A DNA stretch of 64,000 bases, taken from contig JAKBJL010000003.1 in NCBI GenBank assembly GCA_021836035.1, positions 68,135 through 132,134 of the forward strand, in the 5' to 3' direction. This DNA comes from a bacterium. GTDB lineage: Bacteria > Patescibacteriota > Microgenomatia > JAMCZE01. Under the pieces are notes generated by a model. The model was not told the DNA's origin, made no database searches, and saw only the letters and a list, made by a program, of their open reading frames with translations. Position 1 is the stretch's first letter. Each line of letters opens with the position of its first letter. Both the position numbers and the translations under genes were made by a program. Below are positions 1-10,145 of the stretch, one piece after another.

Positions 1-1
1 A

Positions 2-586
2 AATTAAAATATCTAAATAGGCGGCCATCCAGTTTGGTTGGCCTAAGGTAGCAAAGACCCGGTTTTTAACATCTTGTATCCAGCAAGTATCATCGAATTT
101 GCCGGTAAATAAAAGGCAGGAAGGGGAAGCCCCGAAATGTTCCGCAAACCCCCAGAGAGAAACAATAACTCCGGAAGCAAAAGAGATTTTTAAAATATTT
201 ATCGCCTGGCGTTTTTGGAGGTTGGAGACGGCGGCAAAATAGAGAAGCAGGTAGGAAGCGGTGGCGAGCAAGCCCTCATGAAAGCGGGAATAATAGCCCC
301 AGATACTGGTATGGATATCGATGCTGAAGAGAGTGGAAAGTATATGGCTGGCAAGATACAAGAGAAGCGGAATTTCCAAAAATGTCCGGCGGTAAATAAT
401 TTTTTTGGTGAGGACCATTTTGGTAACCCAGGCAAGGGCAATAATAATCGTCAGCCCATAGGTCAGCATCATTTTGTTATATTCAAAAAGTTCGGAAGTC
501 GCGGAAGTAAAAATAAGCGGCACGAGAAAAAAGAGCGCGTAGAACCCCCACTCAATAATAGTATTAATTAGCCCAACTAAAGCCAT
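2..586 (-). CDS. O-antigen ligase/polymerase-like membrane protein (5' part; runs off the window)
   Basis: Not in the ORF track. Manual translation from ATG 586 gives MALVGLINTIIEWGFYALFFLVPLIFTSATSELFEYNKM...WGYYSRFHEGLL...NRVFATLGQPNWMAAYL, open to the window edge. Multiple TM segments and the RxxxTLGQPN motif of O-antigen ligase-like proteins. Confidence 0.8.
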   Translation of the reverse strand, partial: MALVGLINTIIEWGFYALFFLVPLIFTSATSELFEYNKMMLTYGLTIIIALAWVTKMVLTKKIIYRRTFLEIPLLLYLASHILSTLFSIDIHTSIWGYYSRFHEGLLATASYLLLYFAAVSNLQKRQAINILKISFASGVIVSLWGFAEHFGASPSCLLFTGKFDDTCWIQDVKNRVFATLGQPNWMAAYLDILI

Positions 587-758
587 GGAAAATATAAAGA
601 ATGAACTATTATAACCTAATACCGCCACGTTTTGGGCAATTGGGTAGGAGGCTAATGTTACTGTTAATTCTTTTCTGCCCCCCCTTTTTCCACTTTAGAA
701 TCGATTGACAAACGCTACACACATGCGTCATAGTTTTCAATATAACCTGAATCAGATT

Positions 759-1500
759 ATGGACAAAGATGAGAGGCAAAGATTGAAGAACTTATATTGA
801 AAGCATAAAAAGATCGCGAGGAAAGAGATTATAGACAATATCTCCCGTAATATAGCTAAGCAAACCCAGGTTAAACTGAAGGAGTTTTCCCGAAATTTCA
901 CGAATAAGGATTTATTAGTAACGCTGGAAGCGGGAACTTTGCTGGGTTTTTTCTTTTGTCGCTCCGTAGGTAGCAAAGATTGGCACTTCTTTAATTACTC
1001 GTTATTATAGATAAAAAGACTGACGAAGAAGAACCCTTACAAAAGAGATCGGCTGAGAAACAGAATATACAATTACTAAAAGAGAACATCGGCAGATTCT
1101 AAAATATAATTTCGAAAAAACGGCAATATCCATGGCCCAACACTGGGACGGTATTTAGCGGTTAATTTTCTATGATAGTTCTTCTTTAAGAAGCGGTGCG
1201 AGGAATGCATTTAGAAAAATATTCGCGATTTAAGTTGTCTCCAAATTCAAGAAAGCGTCTTATCTTTTTCCTTATGAATGCCATAAAGAAATAGTCTTTT
1301 TGCGGAGGTAATTCGGAATCGGAGGGGATATTGTTTATATGGAAATAAAAATATAGAAAGCCAGAGGCCTTTCAGAAAATATTTCAGAATTTAAAATTAA
1401 AAGTAATTAAAAACAACGCGCATGCGGAGCAATATTCAATTAGGGAAGAGAAGATTTGTAGCATACCCAAGCGATCTATGTGATCTCTGTTATATTGCTA
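759..1500 (+). pseudogene. decayed unknown gene (AT-rich)
   Basis: ATG 759 gives MDKDERQRLKNLY*KHKKIARKEIIDNISRN... with internal stops; the ~900 bp gap has no intact ORF. End coordinate is approximate. Confidence 0.35.
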
Positions 1501-1578
1501 TTCAAAAATATACGGAATCGATATCCCCGATTAATCGTTATCTCTTTTGTCTTTTATTCGGGATTTTGTTAAAGTAAC

Positions 1579-2793
1579 GTGGTGAACGCTTCCTATAATA
1601 ATATACCCCTTGCAGAAAGATTGAGACCAAAGAATTTTGCCGATTTTGCCGGACAGGAACATTTGGTCGGAGAGAACGGTATCGTGGTTCGCCTGATCAA
1701 AGCCGCTCGGTCGGGAGCAGTTTTCCCCTCGCTTATTTTATGGGGACCACCGGGAAGCGGAAAAACGACTATGGCAAGAATTATTGCCAGGGAGTTAAAT
1801 GCTCCCTTTTTTGAATTCTCCGCGGTAAATGCTTCGATCAAAGAAATACAGCAGGTAACCAGGGATGCGGAAGTGGGCAAGCGCCCTATAGTATTTATTG
1901 ACGAAATTCACCGTTTTAATAAAGCCCAGCAAGATAGATTATTACCGCATGTGGAGCGGGGAGAGATGGTAGTAATCGGGGCCACAACCGAAAATCCCTC
2001 TTTTGAGATAATCGGCCCGCTTTTATCCCGGACCAGGGTTTTGGTTTTAAAACAATTAAGCACCGAATGGTTGGGAAGAATTTTGGCTAAAGCATTGGGG
2101 ATTGTGGGAAAGAAGTTGGGAGATGAAGGAAAGGAATTTCTCCTGGAGGCAGCCAACGGCGACGCCCGGATATTGTTAAACGTGGTGGAAATTGCGGCAA
2201 GTATCACCGGGGAAAAGGAAATCAGCGTGGTCGATTTGGAAGAAGCCTTGCAAAGAAGGCAGCTCTCTTTTGATCTAAAAGGGGAAGAATTCTACAACAC
2301 GATTTCCGCCCTCCATAAATCGATCCGAGGTTCGGATCCTGACGCAGCCCTTTATTATTTAGCACGGATGCTGGAGGCGGGCCAGGATCCTTTGTATATC
2401 GCCCGGCGGTTGGTAAGGGCAGCTTCGGAGGATATCGGAATGGCGGATTTCCGGGCGCTTCTTATTGCCCAGGCGGCATTTGATGCCTGTAACGAACTGG
2501 GGATGCCGGAGTGCAATATGGCTTTAGCCCAAGTAGTCGTCTATCTTGCGACGGCGAAAAAATCCAATGCTTTATATATGGCTTATGGAGAAGCGGCTCA
2601 TGATGTACACCAATATGGTAATCTGCCGGTCCCCATGCATATTAGAAACGCCGTGACAAAACTAATGAAAGAAGTTGGTTACGGCAAGAACTATAACTAT
2701 TATCACAGCCCTATCGGTGAGAAATTGTCCGGTGTCGATTATCTTCCCGATAAGCTCCGTGACCGCAAATATTGGAGCAAACGCGTTAAATGA
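1579..2793 (+). CDS. rarA: replication-associated recombination protein A (RarA/MgsA AAA+ ATPase)
   Basis: PLAERLRP, GPPGSGKTT, FIDEIHRFNKAQQD, GATTENPSF, ISALHKSIRGSDPDAA, ASEDIG, VPMHIRNA. Confidence 0.96.
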   Translation: MVNASYNNIPLAERLRPKNFADFAGQEHLVGENGIVVRLIKAARSGAVFPSLILWGPPGSGKTTMARIIARELNAPFFEFSAVNASIKEIQQVTRDAEVGKRPIVFIDEIHRFNKAQQDRLLPHVERGEMVVIGATTENPSFEIIGPLLSRTRVLVLKQLSTEWLGRILAKALGIVGKKLGDEGKEFLLEAANGDARILLNVVEIAASITGEKEISVVDLEEALQRRQLSFDLKGEEFYNTISALHKSIRGSDPDAALYYLARMLEAGQDPLYIARRLVRAASEDIGMADFRALLIAQAAFDACNELGMPECNMALAQVVVYLATAKKSNALYMAYGEAAHDVHQYGNLPVPMHIRNAVTKLMKEVGYGKNYNYYHSPIGEKLSGVDYLPDKLRDRKYWSKRVK

Positions 2794-2798
2794 AATTA

Positions 2799-2974
2799 TT
2801 TTAATTCAAGGGACCCGGCAACCAACAGCCCCATTCAAGTCATTTCGCCCACACGGCTAATTTTGTATCTTATTTTTTGTATCTTGGTAATTAAATTCTG
2901 GTTTAATGAAAAAGGTGGGGCCTGTACTCTTAAATATGGTGCCCCGCTGGTTGCCATCCTTTTTAAAATTAATG
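2799..2974 (-). ncRNA. candidate structured RNA / dispersed hairpin element, copy A
   Basis: Homologous to 34713-34874 (27/29 identical core). Minus-strand stem GGCAACCAGC/GUUGGUUGCC with further stacked helices. Confidence 0.6.
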
Positions 2975-3052
2975 AATCAATAAAAATGAAAAAGATAAAA
3001 TAATTTGCTCTGACTATCAATTTCCCTCTCAAAATGATAGTATTTTTTTGCC

Positions 3053-4102
3053 ATGGTCGACAAACTATTTGGTTTGGTCTCCTATGATTTAGGTATTGAT
3101 TTGGGGACGGCAAATACTTTGGTTTTGGTTAGGGGTAAAGGTATTATTATCCGCGAGCCTTCGGTTGTTGCCATGCAGCGGAAAACCAAGCGGGTGATTG
3201 CTGTTGGGGGAGACGCTAAAAAAATGGTGGGACGGACGCCGGCGAATATCCTCGCGATTTCTCCTTTATCCGACGGAGTGATTGCCGATTTCGACGCGAC
3301 GGCGGCGATGCTGCGTCATTATATCGGTAAAATTCATACTCTTCCCGGCACTTTTTTTAAGATACCGCGCCCGCGGGTGGTAGTCGGCATTCCCTCGGGA
3401 GTTACGGAGGTGGAACGGCGGGCGGTCCAGGAAGCGGCCATGAATGCCGGAGCCCGCAAGGCTTATTTAATTGAAGAACCGATGGCAGCGGCGATTGGAG
3501 TCGGAATTAATATTGACGATTCACGGGGATCGATGATAGTAGATATTGGTGGAGGAACTTCGGAAATGGCGGTGGTCGCCCTGGGCGGGATTGTCATAAA
3601 TAAATCTATCAGAATGGCCGGCAAAGAAATGGACGCGGCGATTATTAATTTCCTGCGGCTTAAAAACGGTTTACTGATCGGCGAGAGGACAGCGGAAGAA
3701 ATCAAGATTGGTATCGGCAGCGCGGACGGTAAGGCGGCGGGGGAAAAATACGCTGTTATCCGGGGACGTGATTTGGAAACCGGTTTGCCGAAAAGCTTGC
3801 GGGTTTCGGCCGGAGAAATTCAGGAAGCTTTGTCCCCGGTTCTAAATCAGATCGTCGATATGATTAAAAATCTGATAGAAGAAACACCTCCGGAGTTGGT
3901 CGCGGACATTATGGAGCGGGGTATGGTTTTAGCCGGCGGCGGGAGTTTGTTACCCGGTATTGATAAATTTATTGCCGAAGCAACAAAAATGCCGGTTTGG
4001 GTTACGGAAGAACCCATGGCTGCGGTAGTCCGCGGCTGCGGAAAAGTTTTAGAAAATGATACCTTGCTGCATCGCGTCCGGGTAACTGGTGGCTTACGTT
4101 AA
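3053..4102 (+). CDS. mreB: rod shape-determining protein MreB
   Basis: GIDLGTANT, EPSVVA, TEVERRAV, EEPMAAAIG, VDIGGGTSE, LAGGGSLL. Confidence 0.97.
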   Translation: MVDKLFGLVSYDLGIDLGTANTLVLVRGKGIIIREPSVVAMQRKTKRVIAVGGDAKKMVGRTPANILAISPLSDGVIADFDATAAMLRHYIGKIHTLPGTFFKIPRPRVVVGIPSGVTEVERRAVQEAAMNAGARKAYLIEEPMAAAIGVGINIDDSRGSMIVDIGGGTSEMAVVALGGIVINKSIRMAGKEMDAAIINFLRLKNGLLIGERTAEEIKIGIGSADGKAAGEKYAVIRGRDLETGLPKSLRVSAGEIQEALSPVLNQIVDMIKNLIEETPPELVADIMERGMVLAGGGSLLPGIDKFIAEATKMPVWVTEEPMAAVVRGCGKVLENDTLLHRVRVTGGLR

Positions 4103-4104
4103 AG

Positions 4105-4872
4105 ATGAAAAATAGGATATTATTCTTATTCCTGGTTCTCAGTGCTGCCGTTTTTCTCTTAGACCGTCAGGGTTTTTTAAAGCCCCTGCGAACAGGCGCC
4201 CAGAGACTGATTGTCCCCGTTCAATACACGGTTTTTTTCAGCGGAAGAATGCTCTTTTCGCCCCTAAGAGTTTTTACCTTTTGGCGGTCGGGAGAGGAAC
4301 GGATTAAAAATTTAGAACAGCGAAACCTAGCGCTTTCCGCGGAAGCGGCTAAAGTTCCTGGCCTTTTGCGGGAGAACGAAGCCCTGAAAAAACAGTTTGG
4401 CAGTAGCTCCAGCCAGAAATATAATTTACTGCCGGCAAACCTGATCGGTAAGACGGATTATTGGCAGATCGACCGGGGGGAAAAGGATGGAGTTAAGGTC
4501 GGCCAGGCAGTAGTCAGCGGGGAAGTATTGGTCGGAATTATTAAAAGGACTACCGGTATGACCGCATATCTAATGCGACCTTTCGATTCCCATGCTAAAA
4601 TTCCGGTAAAAGTGGGAACAACTCGGGGGGTAGTAATCGGGCAATATAATAACGCCATGATTCTTGACAAAGTAGCGCAAAATGAAAATATTAATGTCGG
4701 CGATTTTGTGCTTACTTCCGGAGAAGGCGGCCGCGTTGCTTCGGATTTAATCGTCGGCAGGATTAAAACAATCAGCAGTAAAGAAAGTGATCTGTTTAAG
4801 ACTGCGGAACTGGAGGGAATTATCGACGATCGGACTTTAGAAACTGTTTTTGTAGTACTGACTAATGAGTGA
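4105..4872 (+). CDS. mreC: rod shape-determining protein MreC
   Basis: N-terminal TM, coiled coil (LRENEALKK), IDRGEKDGVKVG, VLTSG; follows mreB. Confidence 0.92.
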   Translation: MKNRILFLFLVLSAAVFLLDRQGFLKPLRTGAQRLIVPVQYTVFFSGRMLFSPLRVFTFWRSGEERIKNLEQRNLALSAEAAKVPGLLRENEALKKQFGSSSSQKYNLLPANLIGKTDYWQIDRGEKDGVKVGQAVVSGEVLVGIIKRTTGMTAYLMRPFDSHAKIPVKVGTTRGVVIGQYNNAMILDKVAQNENINVGDFVLTSGEGGRVASDLIVGRIKTISSKESDLFKTAELEGIIDDRTLETVFVVLTNE

Positions 4873-5194
4873 AATTGCGTTTTATTTAGCTGCTTTTTTC
4901 CTGGCAATTCTCGGTACTGCCTTTTTCCGGCTGGAGCTGGTTTTACCTTTAATTATTTTTTATGCCGTCAGCCATGATTTAAAAAAAGCGTCTTTTTTTG
5001 CTTTCGGGAGCGGATTGTTTACCGACCTGGTCTCCGGACAATTTTTAGGAGTCAGCAGCATTTTCTATTTGTTGGCCAGCGCCGGCGTCTTGCTCTATAA
5101 GAATAGGTATCAACCGAAGTTGATTCCGGTTTTAGCAATGCTTGTTTTTTGGGAAGCGATTTATGGATTATTTATCAGAGGATACTTTCAATAG
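4865..5194 (+). CDS. mreD: MreD-like membrane protein (short)
   Basis: Hydrophobic protein with AFGSGLFTDLVSG..LG; lies between mreC and PBP2. Confidence 0.8.
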   Translation: MSEIAFYLAAFFLAILGTAFFRLELVLPLIIFYAVSHDLKKASFFAFGSGLFTDLVSGQFLGVSSIFYLLASAGVLLYKNRYQPKLIPVLAMLVFWEAIYGLFIRGYFQ

Positions 5195-6776
5195 CCGCTT
5201 TCGCCTGGTAGTTCTGGGCCTTTTGATTCTGGCGGGATTGTTTATTGTTTTTGCCCGGGTGGTGGTTCTGGCCGGTTTTTCCGGGAGTTATTATCGGGAG
5301 CTTTCTTCCGGTAATCGTACCCGCCAGACGGAGATTCCCGCCAATCGCGGAATTATTTTTGATCGTTATGATAAACCGCTGGTTGCCAACCTGCCGGTTT
5401 TTGTCCGCCAAAAATGCAGCAGCGGGAAATGTGACAGGGAGATTATTACTAAGGAAGAAGCGCTTTTGGATAGCAATAGCGAAGCCATCGCGGCGCGCCA
5501 TTATCTCTATGGGCCGGTATTAGCACATGTTTTGGGTTATGTTTCCCTGGCCGATCGGGTAGGGGTCGGAGGCGTCGAGGAGATTTATAACCGGGAGTTG
5601 GCCGGGACGCCTGGTAAGGAATTGTTTGAGGTAGATGCGACCGGAAAAAAATTGCGTTCGCTGGGGAAATTGGATCAGATATCCGGGGAGGACCTGCACT
5701 TAACTATCGACCTGAATCTTCAACAAGCCCTATATGAGGGTTTAAAGGGGGTTTCCGGAGCGGCAGTGGTTACCATTCCAGCTACCGGAGAAGTATTAGC
5801 CCTGGTTTCCGCCCCGCCGTATGACCCGAATCTGTTTACCGTTTTGTCCGCGGATCAGGAGAACCGGGAAAAGGATATCGAGAATGTTTTACATAATCCG
5901 GCGCAGCCCATATTTGACCGGGCGATCGGGGGGACCTTTCCGCCGGGATCTACTTTTAAGGTAATTACCGCTTCCGCGGGAATGGAATCCGGGGCAATTA
6001 CGGCCGCGACCCGGATTGAAGATACTGGTATTCTGGTAATCGGCCCGTTTAAATTTGCCAACTGGAAATGGCTGCGGGGCGGAGGAACCGAAGGGGTTTT
6101 AGACTTGGTCGGGGCCATAAGAAGAAGCAATGACATATTTTTCTATAAGGTTGGCGAGATGACCGGCCTGGACAAAATTGTCGACATGGCTAAGCGTTTC
6201 GGGTTAGGGGCAAAGTTAGGAATTGATCTGCCGGGAGAGGCAACGGGGCTGGTTCCGGATAAAGCCTGGCGGGAAAAGTATGCCCGTGAATGGTATTTAG
6301 GGGATACTTACCATTTAGCAATCGGCCAGGGAGATTTATTGGTAACGCCTTTACAGGTCAACGCCTGGACGGCGGCGATGGCTAACGGCGGCAAGGTTTG
6401 CCGACCGCATGTGCTTGCCGGGCCGAATGATTGCCGGGATTTGGGATTAAAAAAAGAGACGGTGGATTTGATAAAAAAAGGGATGGGGGAGGCGTGCAGT
6501 CCGGGCGGTACCGGCTGGCCGCTTTTTAACTACCGGGTAAAAACAGCAGAAGGAAAAGAAATAGTTGTCTCTTTTTCGTGTAAGACGGGGACGGCGGAAT
6601 TTGGGGATCCGAAGGACCGGACCCACGCTTGGTTTACCGCTTTTAGTCAGGGAGCGGTTTCGTCTACAAAGCCCCAAATTGCCATTACCCTTTTAATAGA
6701 AGGTGGTGGTGAAGGGTCCGACGTTGCCGGTCCCGTGGTCAAGAAAGTGTTGGATAAGTGGTATAGCCGGGATTAA
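5163..6776 (+). CDS. mrdA: penicillin-binding protein 2 (class B transpeptidase)
   Basis: RGIIFDR, PPGSTFK (SxxK), SND (SxN-like), KTGTAE; start taken at MDYLSE. Confidence 0.93.
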   Translation: MDYLSEDTFNSRFRLVVLGLLILAGLFIVFARVVVLAGFSGSYYRELSSGNRTRQTEIPANRGIIFDRYDKPLVANLPVFVRQKCSSGKCDREIITKEEALLDSNSEAIAARHYLYGPVLAHVLGYVSLADRVGVGGVEEIYNRELAGTPGKELFEVDATGKKLRSLGKLDQISGEDLHLTIDLNLQQALYEGLKGVSGAAVVTIPATGEVLALVSAPPYDPNLFTVLSADQENREKDIENVLHNPAQPIFDRAIGGTFPPGSTFKVITASAGMESGAITAATRIEDTGILVIGPFKFANWKWLRGGGTEGVLDLVGAIRRSNDIFFYKVGEMTGLDKIVDMAKRFGLGAKLGIDLPGEATGLVPDKAWREKYAREWYLGDTYHLAIGQGDLLVTPLQVNAWTAAMANGGKVCRPHVLAGPNDCRDLGLKKETVDLIKKGMGEACSPGGTGWPLFNYRVKTAEGKEIVVSFSCKTGTAEFGDPKDRTHAWFTAFSQGAVSSTKPQIAITLLIEGGGEGSDVAGPVVKKVLDKWYSRD

Positions 6777-6777
6777 C

Positions 6778-7810
6778 ATGGATAGTATAAATCCTGAGAA
6801 AAGTATTTAGTTGCCTTCGCGACGGTTACGGGGATCGGACCGGCGCGCCCGTGAAACTCTTATGAAGGAAGTTTTGTCTGAGCTGTTACGACGGAAGCAA
6901 AAATTATTAATTGATTCCTATATTGAAAATATCCTTAAAAGAAAAATAAATATCATCACTATTTAAATAATAGTTATTCATAAAGGCTAATATATATTTC
7001 TGATCCCCTCCAGCGTTCTTTTTTTGAAGTCTAACCTGACACCTGCGCAACTTAACCGGCTGGGAAACTATCGGATTGTCGGTGTGGTGTGACCGGTGTT
7101 ATGACTTCCTACGGCCGGGAAGTAACGGAGAATTTGGTCTCTGATTTAGTCCCCGCGGTTTTACCAATAATTCCGGCATGGTTTTGGTTATTGACGGAGT
7201 GGCGCACGAAGCGGTGATTAACGGCAGCGGGACGATTGCCGTTTTAAGCGCCGGGGTAGAGATTGTTTATCCGGCGGCGCACCGGGATTTATATATAGTA
7301 TCATCGAGCATAACGGAGCGATCGTATCCGAAGTGGCATCGAAAAAAACGGTTAATAAGGGTTTCTTCCTGCCCGCAACCGCGCTATTTCCGGGCTTATC
7401 GAAGTGGTAGTGGTAGCTGGAGGAGCGATTGTTTCCGACGGTTTGATTACCACCCGGTTGGCTTTGGAGCAGTGGCGGGAAGTTTTTGCGATCACGGGGA
7501 CGATCAATTCGCGGGTCGCGGAAGGAACAAATTATCTTTCAAAGCAGGGAGCCAAGCTGGTGACAGACACAGAAGATATTTTAGTAGAGTTAGGGTACGA
7601 TAATAAAAGCAATAAAGGCAATAAAGAGATACCGAAAGGGGAAACGGAAGAGGAACAAAAATATAATAGATCTGCTAATAAAAGAGCCGTTGGATTTTGA
7701 TGAAAATTCCCGTCAAAACGGTTTTCCCAGTTCCAAATTAAGCGCTATCCTTTCAGTAATTGAGATAACAAAAAAATTAAGAACCTCGATTCTTTATATC
7801 GGCTATTTTA
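6778..7810 (+). pseudogene. dprA: DNA-processing protein DprA, heavily decayed
   Basis: Fragments in different frames: YLVAFATVTGIGPAR, GMVLVIDGVAHEA..GTIAVLSAGVEIVYP, GLITTRLALEQWREVFAITGTINSRVAEGTNYLSKQGAKLVTDTEDIL. Many stops and frameshifts; canonical position upstream of topA. Confidence 0.88.
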
Positions 7811-8044
7811 ATTTAAGGTTCCCCGTCTATCGGTAACCGGCAGGAAGGTTTGCCCGTCGATCGTTATCCCAAAGACGGATGGGGGGCTCGAAGTCCAAAA
7901 AGATTACTCGACCGCTAGTCTATATGTACTTAAATATGCATGTAGCGCTGCCGCTCGCAACTTTTTGTTCCTCCTGGGTCTTTAAAAGAGGGACGGAGCC
8001 TGAAAATATTCGTGGGAATTCGTGTAATTTCGTTTATTTATACT

Positions 8045-8093
8045 TGACAATCGTGTTACGCTTAACGCACTATGGAGTGTATCAGGATATAAT
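8045..8093 (+). promoter_or_regulatory. sigma70-type promoter elements for topA
   Basis: TTGACA at 8045; TATAAT ends 6 nt before ATG 8100 (leaderless-like). The two boxes are too far apart to be one promoter. Confidence 0.55.
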
Positions 8094-8099
8094 TTACTA

Positions 8100-10145
8100 A
8101 TGGATATAATTATTGTTGAGTCACCGACCAAGGCGAAGACCCTGTCCCGGTTTTTAGGTGGCGCTTATCAAATTGAGGCTTCTTTCGGGCATATCCGCGA
8201 CCTGCCCGCAAGCAAGCTGGGGATTGATGTGGAGCGTAATTTTACTCCGGATTATATTATTCCCAAAGATAAGAAAGAAAAAGTGGAACAATTGCGCAGG
8301 GAAGCGGGGAAAGCCCAGTCAGTAATTCTTGCTACTGACCCGGATCGGGAAGGGGAAGCGATTGCCTATCACCTGAGAGAAGTGATCAGCGGAAAAGCAA
8401 AATTTCAACGGATTACTTTCCACGAAATTACGGAACCGGCGATTAAAGAAGCTCTCAAAAACCCGGGAGAGATTAATATGCAACTCGTGGATGCTCAGCA
8501 AGCCCGGAGGATTTTGGACCGTCTGGTCGGTTATAAATTGTCACCGCTCTTGTGGCGCAAAATCCGAAGGGGGCTTTCTGCCGGAAGAGTTCAAAGTGTG
8601 GCTGTCCGTTTAATTGTCGAGAGGGAAAGGGAAATTTTAGCCTTTAAACCAGAGGAATATTGGGAAATTGTGACGAAGTTAAAAGTTCAAAGTTTAAAGC
8701 TGCAAGAAGACGGGGGGGAGTTTGAGGCAAAATTGACTAAGATAGACGGTAAGTCGGCGGAAATTAGGAATAAAGGCGAAGCAGATGTTATTACCGCGGA
8801 ATTGGAGAAAGCGGAATTTAAAGTAAGTGATGTCCAGAAGAAGGAAGTTAAAAGGAGCCCTTACCCGCCCTTTACCACTTCAACCATGCAACAGTCGGCT
8901 TCTAATCTTTTCGGCTGGAGTGCCAAAAGGACAATGCAGGTAGCGCAAAATCTTTACGAAGAAGGCTTAATTACCTACCACCGGACGGATTCTACCAATT
9001 TGAATATGGAAGCCGTTAATAACGCGCGGAATTTTATCCGGGAACGTTTCGGTAATAATTATGCGCCGGAAGAGCCCCGTTTCTATAAGACTAAATCAAA
9101 GGTGGCCCAGGAAGCACATGAAGCTATCAGGCCGACGAGGATCGGAGAATTGGAACAGGTTAAGCAGCAAATTACCGGGCGGGATGAAGAGCGGTTATAT
9201 GAGTTGATATGGAAGAGGTTTCTGGCTTGCCAAATGAGCGAAACAGTTTTCGAACAAACGGGAGCGGATATCAACGTGGTGAACCATGAGCAGAATATAG
9301 GGAACCCCGACTTAGTCGAGGCGAACAGCCAAAGGCGGGAATATTTATTGAGGGCGAACGGGAGCAAAAGATTGTTTGACGGATGGACGAAGCTATTCGG
9401 CAGTGCAAATAACAATAATGATGACAGCAACGGAAGTGATAAAGAATTGCCGGAGCTTACTGCCGGAGATTTACTGCAATTATTGGGAATTTTGCCCAGC
9501 CAGCATTTCACCGAACCGCCGCCGCGTTATACGGAAGCAAGTCTTATCAAGGCTTTGGAAGAATATGGTATCGGACGTCCAAGCACTTACGCGCCGATTA
9601 TTTCGACGATCCTGGAAAGGTTTTATGTCGAAAGGTTAGAAAAAAAACTGCATCCGACGGCTTTAGGAATAGCGGTCAACGACTTTTTGATTGCTAACTT
9701 TCCGGAAATTCTGAATTACCAGTTTACCGCCGGTATGGAAGAAAGTCTTGATGATATTGCTAACGGGAAGAAGCAATGGGTCGGAGTAATCAGGGATTTT
9801 TATGATCCTTTTGCCGAACAACTTGGCAAGGTGGGGGATACGGCGGAAAGGGTTAAAGTAGAAACGGAAACGACGGACGAAGTTTGTCCCCTGGACGGCT
9901 CTCCTTTAATTATTCGGATCGGAAAATTCGGGAGGTTTCTAGCCTGCAGCAAATTTCCGGAATGTAAATTCACCAAGACATTTGCCAAGAAAATTGATGT
10001 TAAATGCCCCAAATGCGGTGGGGATATTATTATCAAAAGAACCCGCAGCAAAAAAACTTTCTATGGCTGCAGCAATTACCCCCAATGCGATTTTGCCAGC
10101 TGGACCAAACCCAAAGCGGTAAATGTAGTTGAACCAGCAAGTTAG
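8100..10145 (+). CDS. topA: DNA topoisomerase I
   Basis: IVESPTKAKT, ATDPDREGEAIA, SAGRVQS, LITYHRTDS (catalytic Tyr), GIGRPSTYA, C-terminal Zn ribbons. Confidence 0.98.
   Translation: MDIIIVESPTKAKTLSRFLGGAYQIEASFGHIRDLPASKLGIDVERNFTPDYIIPKDKKEKVEQLRREAGKAQSVILATDPDREGEAIAYHLREVISGKAKFQRITFHEITEPAIKEALKNPGEINMQLVDAQQARRILDRLVGYKLSPLLWRKIRRGLSAGRVQSVAVRLIVEREREILAFKPEEYWEIVTKLKVQSLKLQEDGGEFEAKLTKIDGKSAEIRNKGEADVITAELEKAEFKVSDVQKKEVKRSPYPPFTTSTMQQSASNLFGWSAKRTMQVAQNLYEEGLITYHRTDSTNLNMEAVNNARNFIRERFGNNYAPEEPRFYKTKSKVAQEAHEAIRPTRIGELEQVKQQITGRDEERLYELIWKRFLACQMSETVFEQTGADINVVNHEQNIGNPDLVEANSQRREYLLRANGSKRLFDGWTKLFGSANNNNDDSNGSDKELPELTAGDLLQLLGILPSQHFTEPPPRYTEASLIKALEEYGIGRPSTYAPIISTILERFYVERLEKKLHPTALGIAVNDFLIANFPEILNYQFTAGMEESLDDIANGKKQWVGVIRDFYDPFAEQLGKVGDTAERVKVETETTDEVCPLDGSPLIIRIGKFGRFLACSKFPECKFTKTFAKKIDVKCPKCGGDIIIKRTRSKKTFYGCSNYPQCDFASWTKPKAVNVVEPAS

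Noticed and set aside
2799-2974. Confident call as 6S, SRP or RNase P RNA
   Set aside because: No SRP helix-8 motif and no RNase P P4 motif. Size and rod shape are 6S-like, but the conserved part is apical rather than a central bubble. Left as an unassigned candidate.
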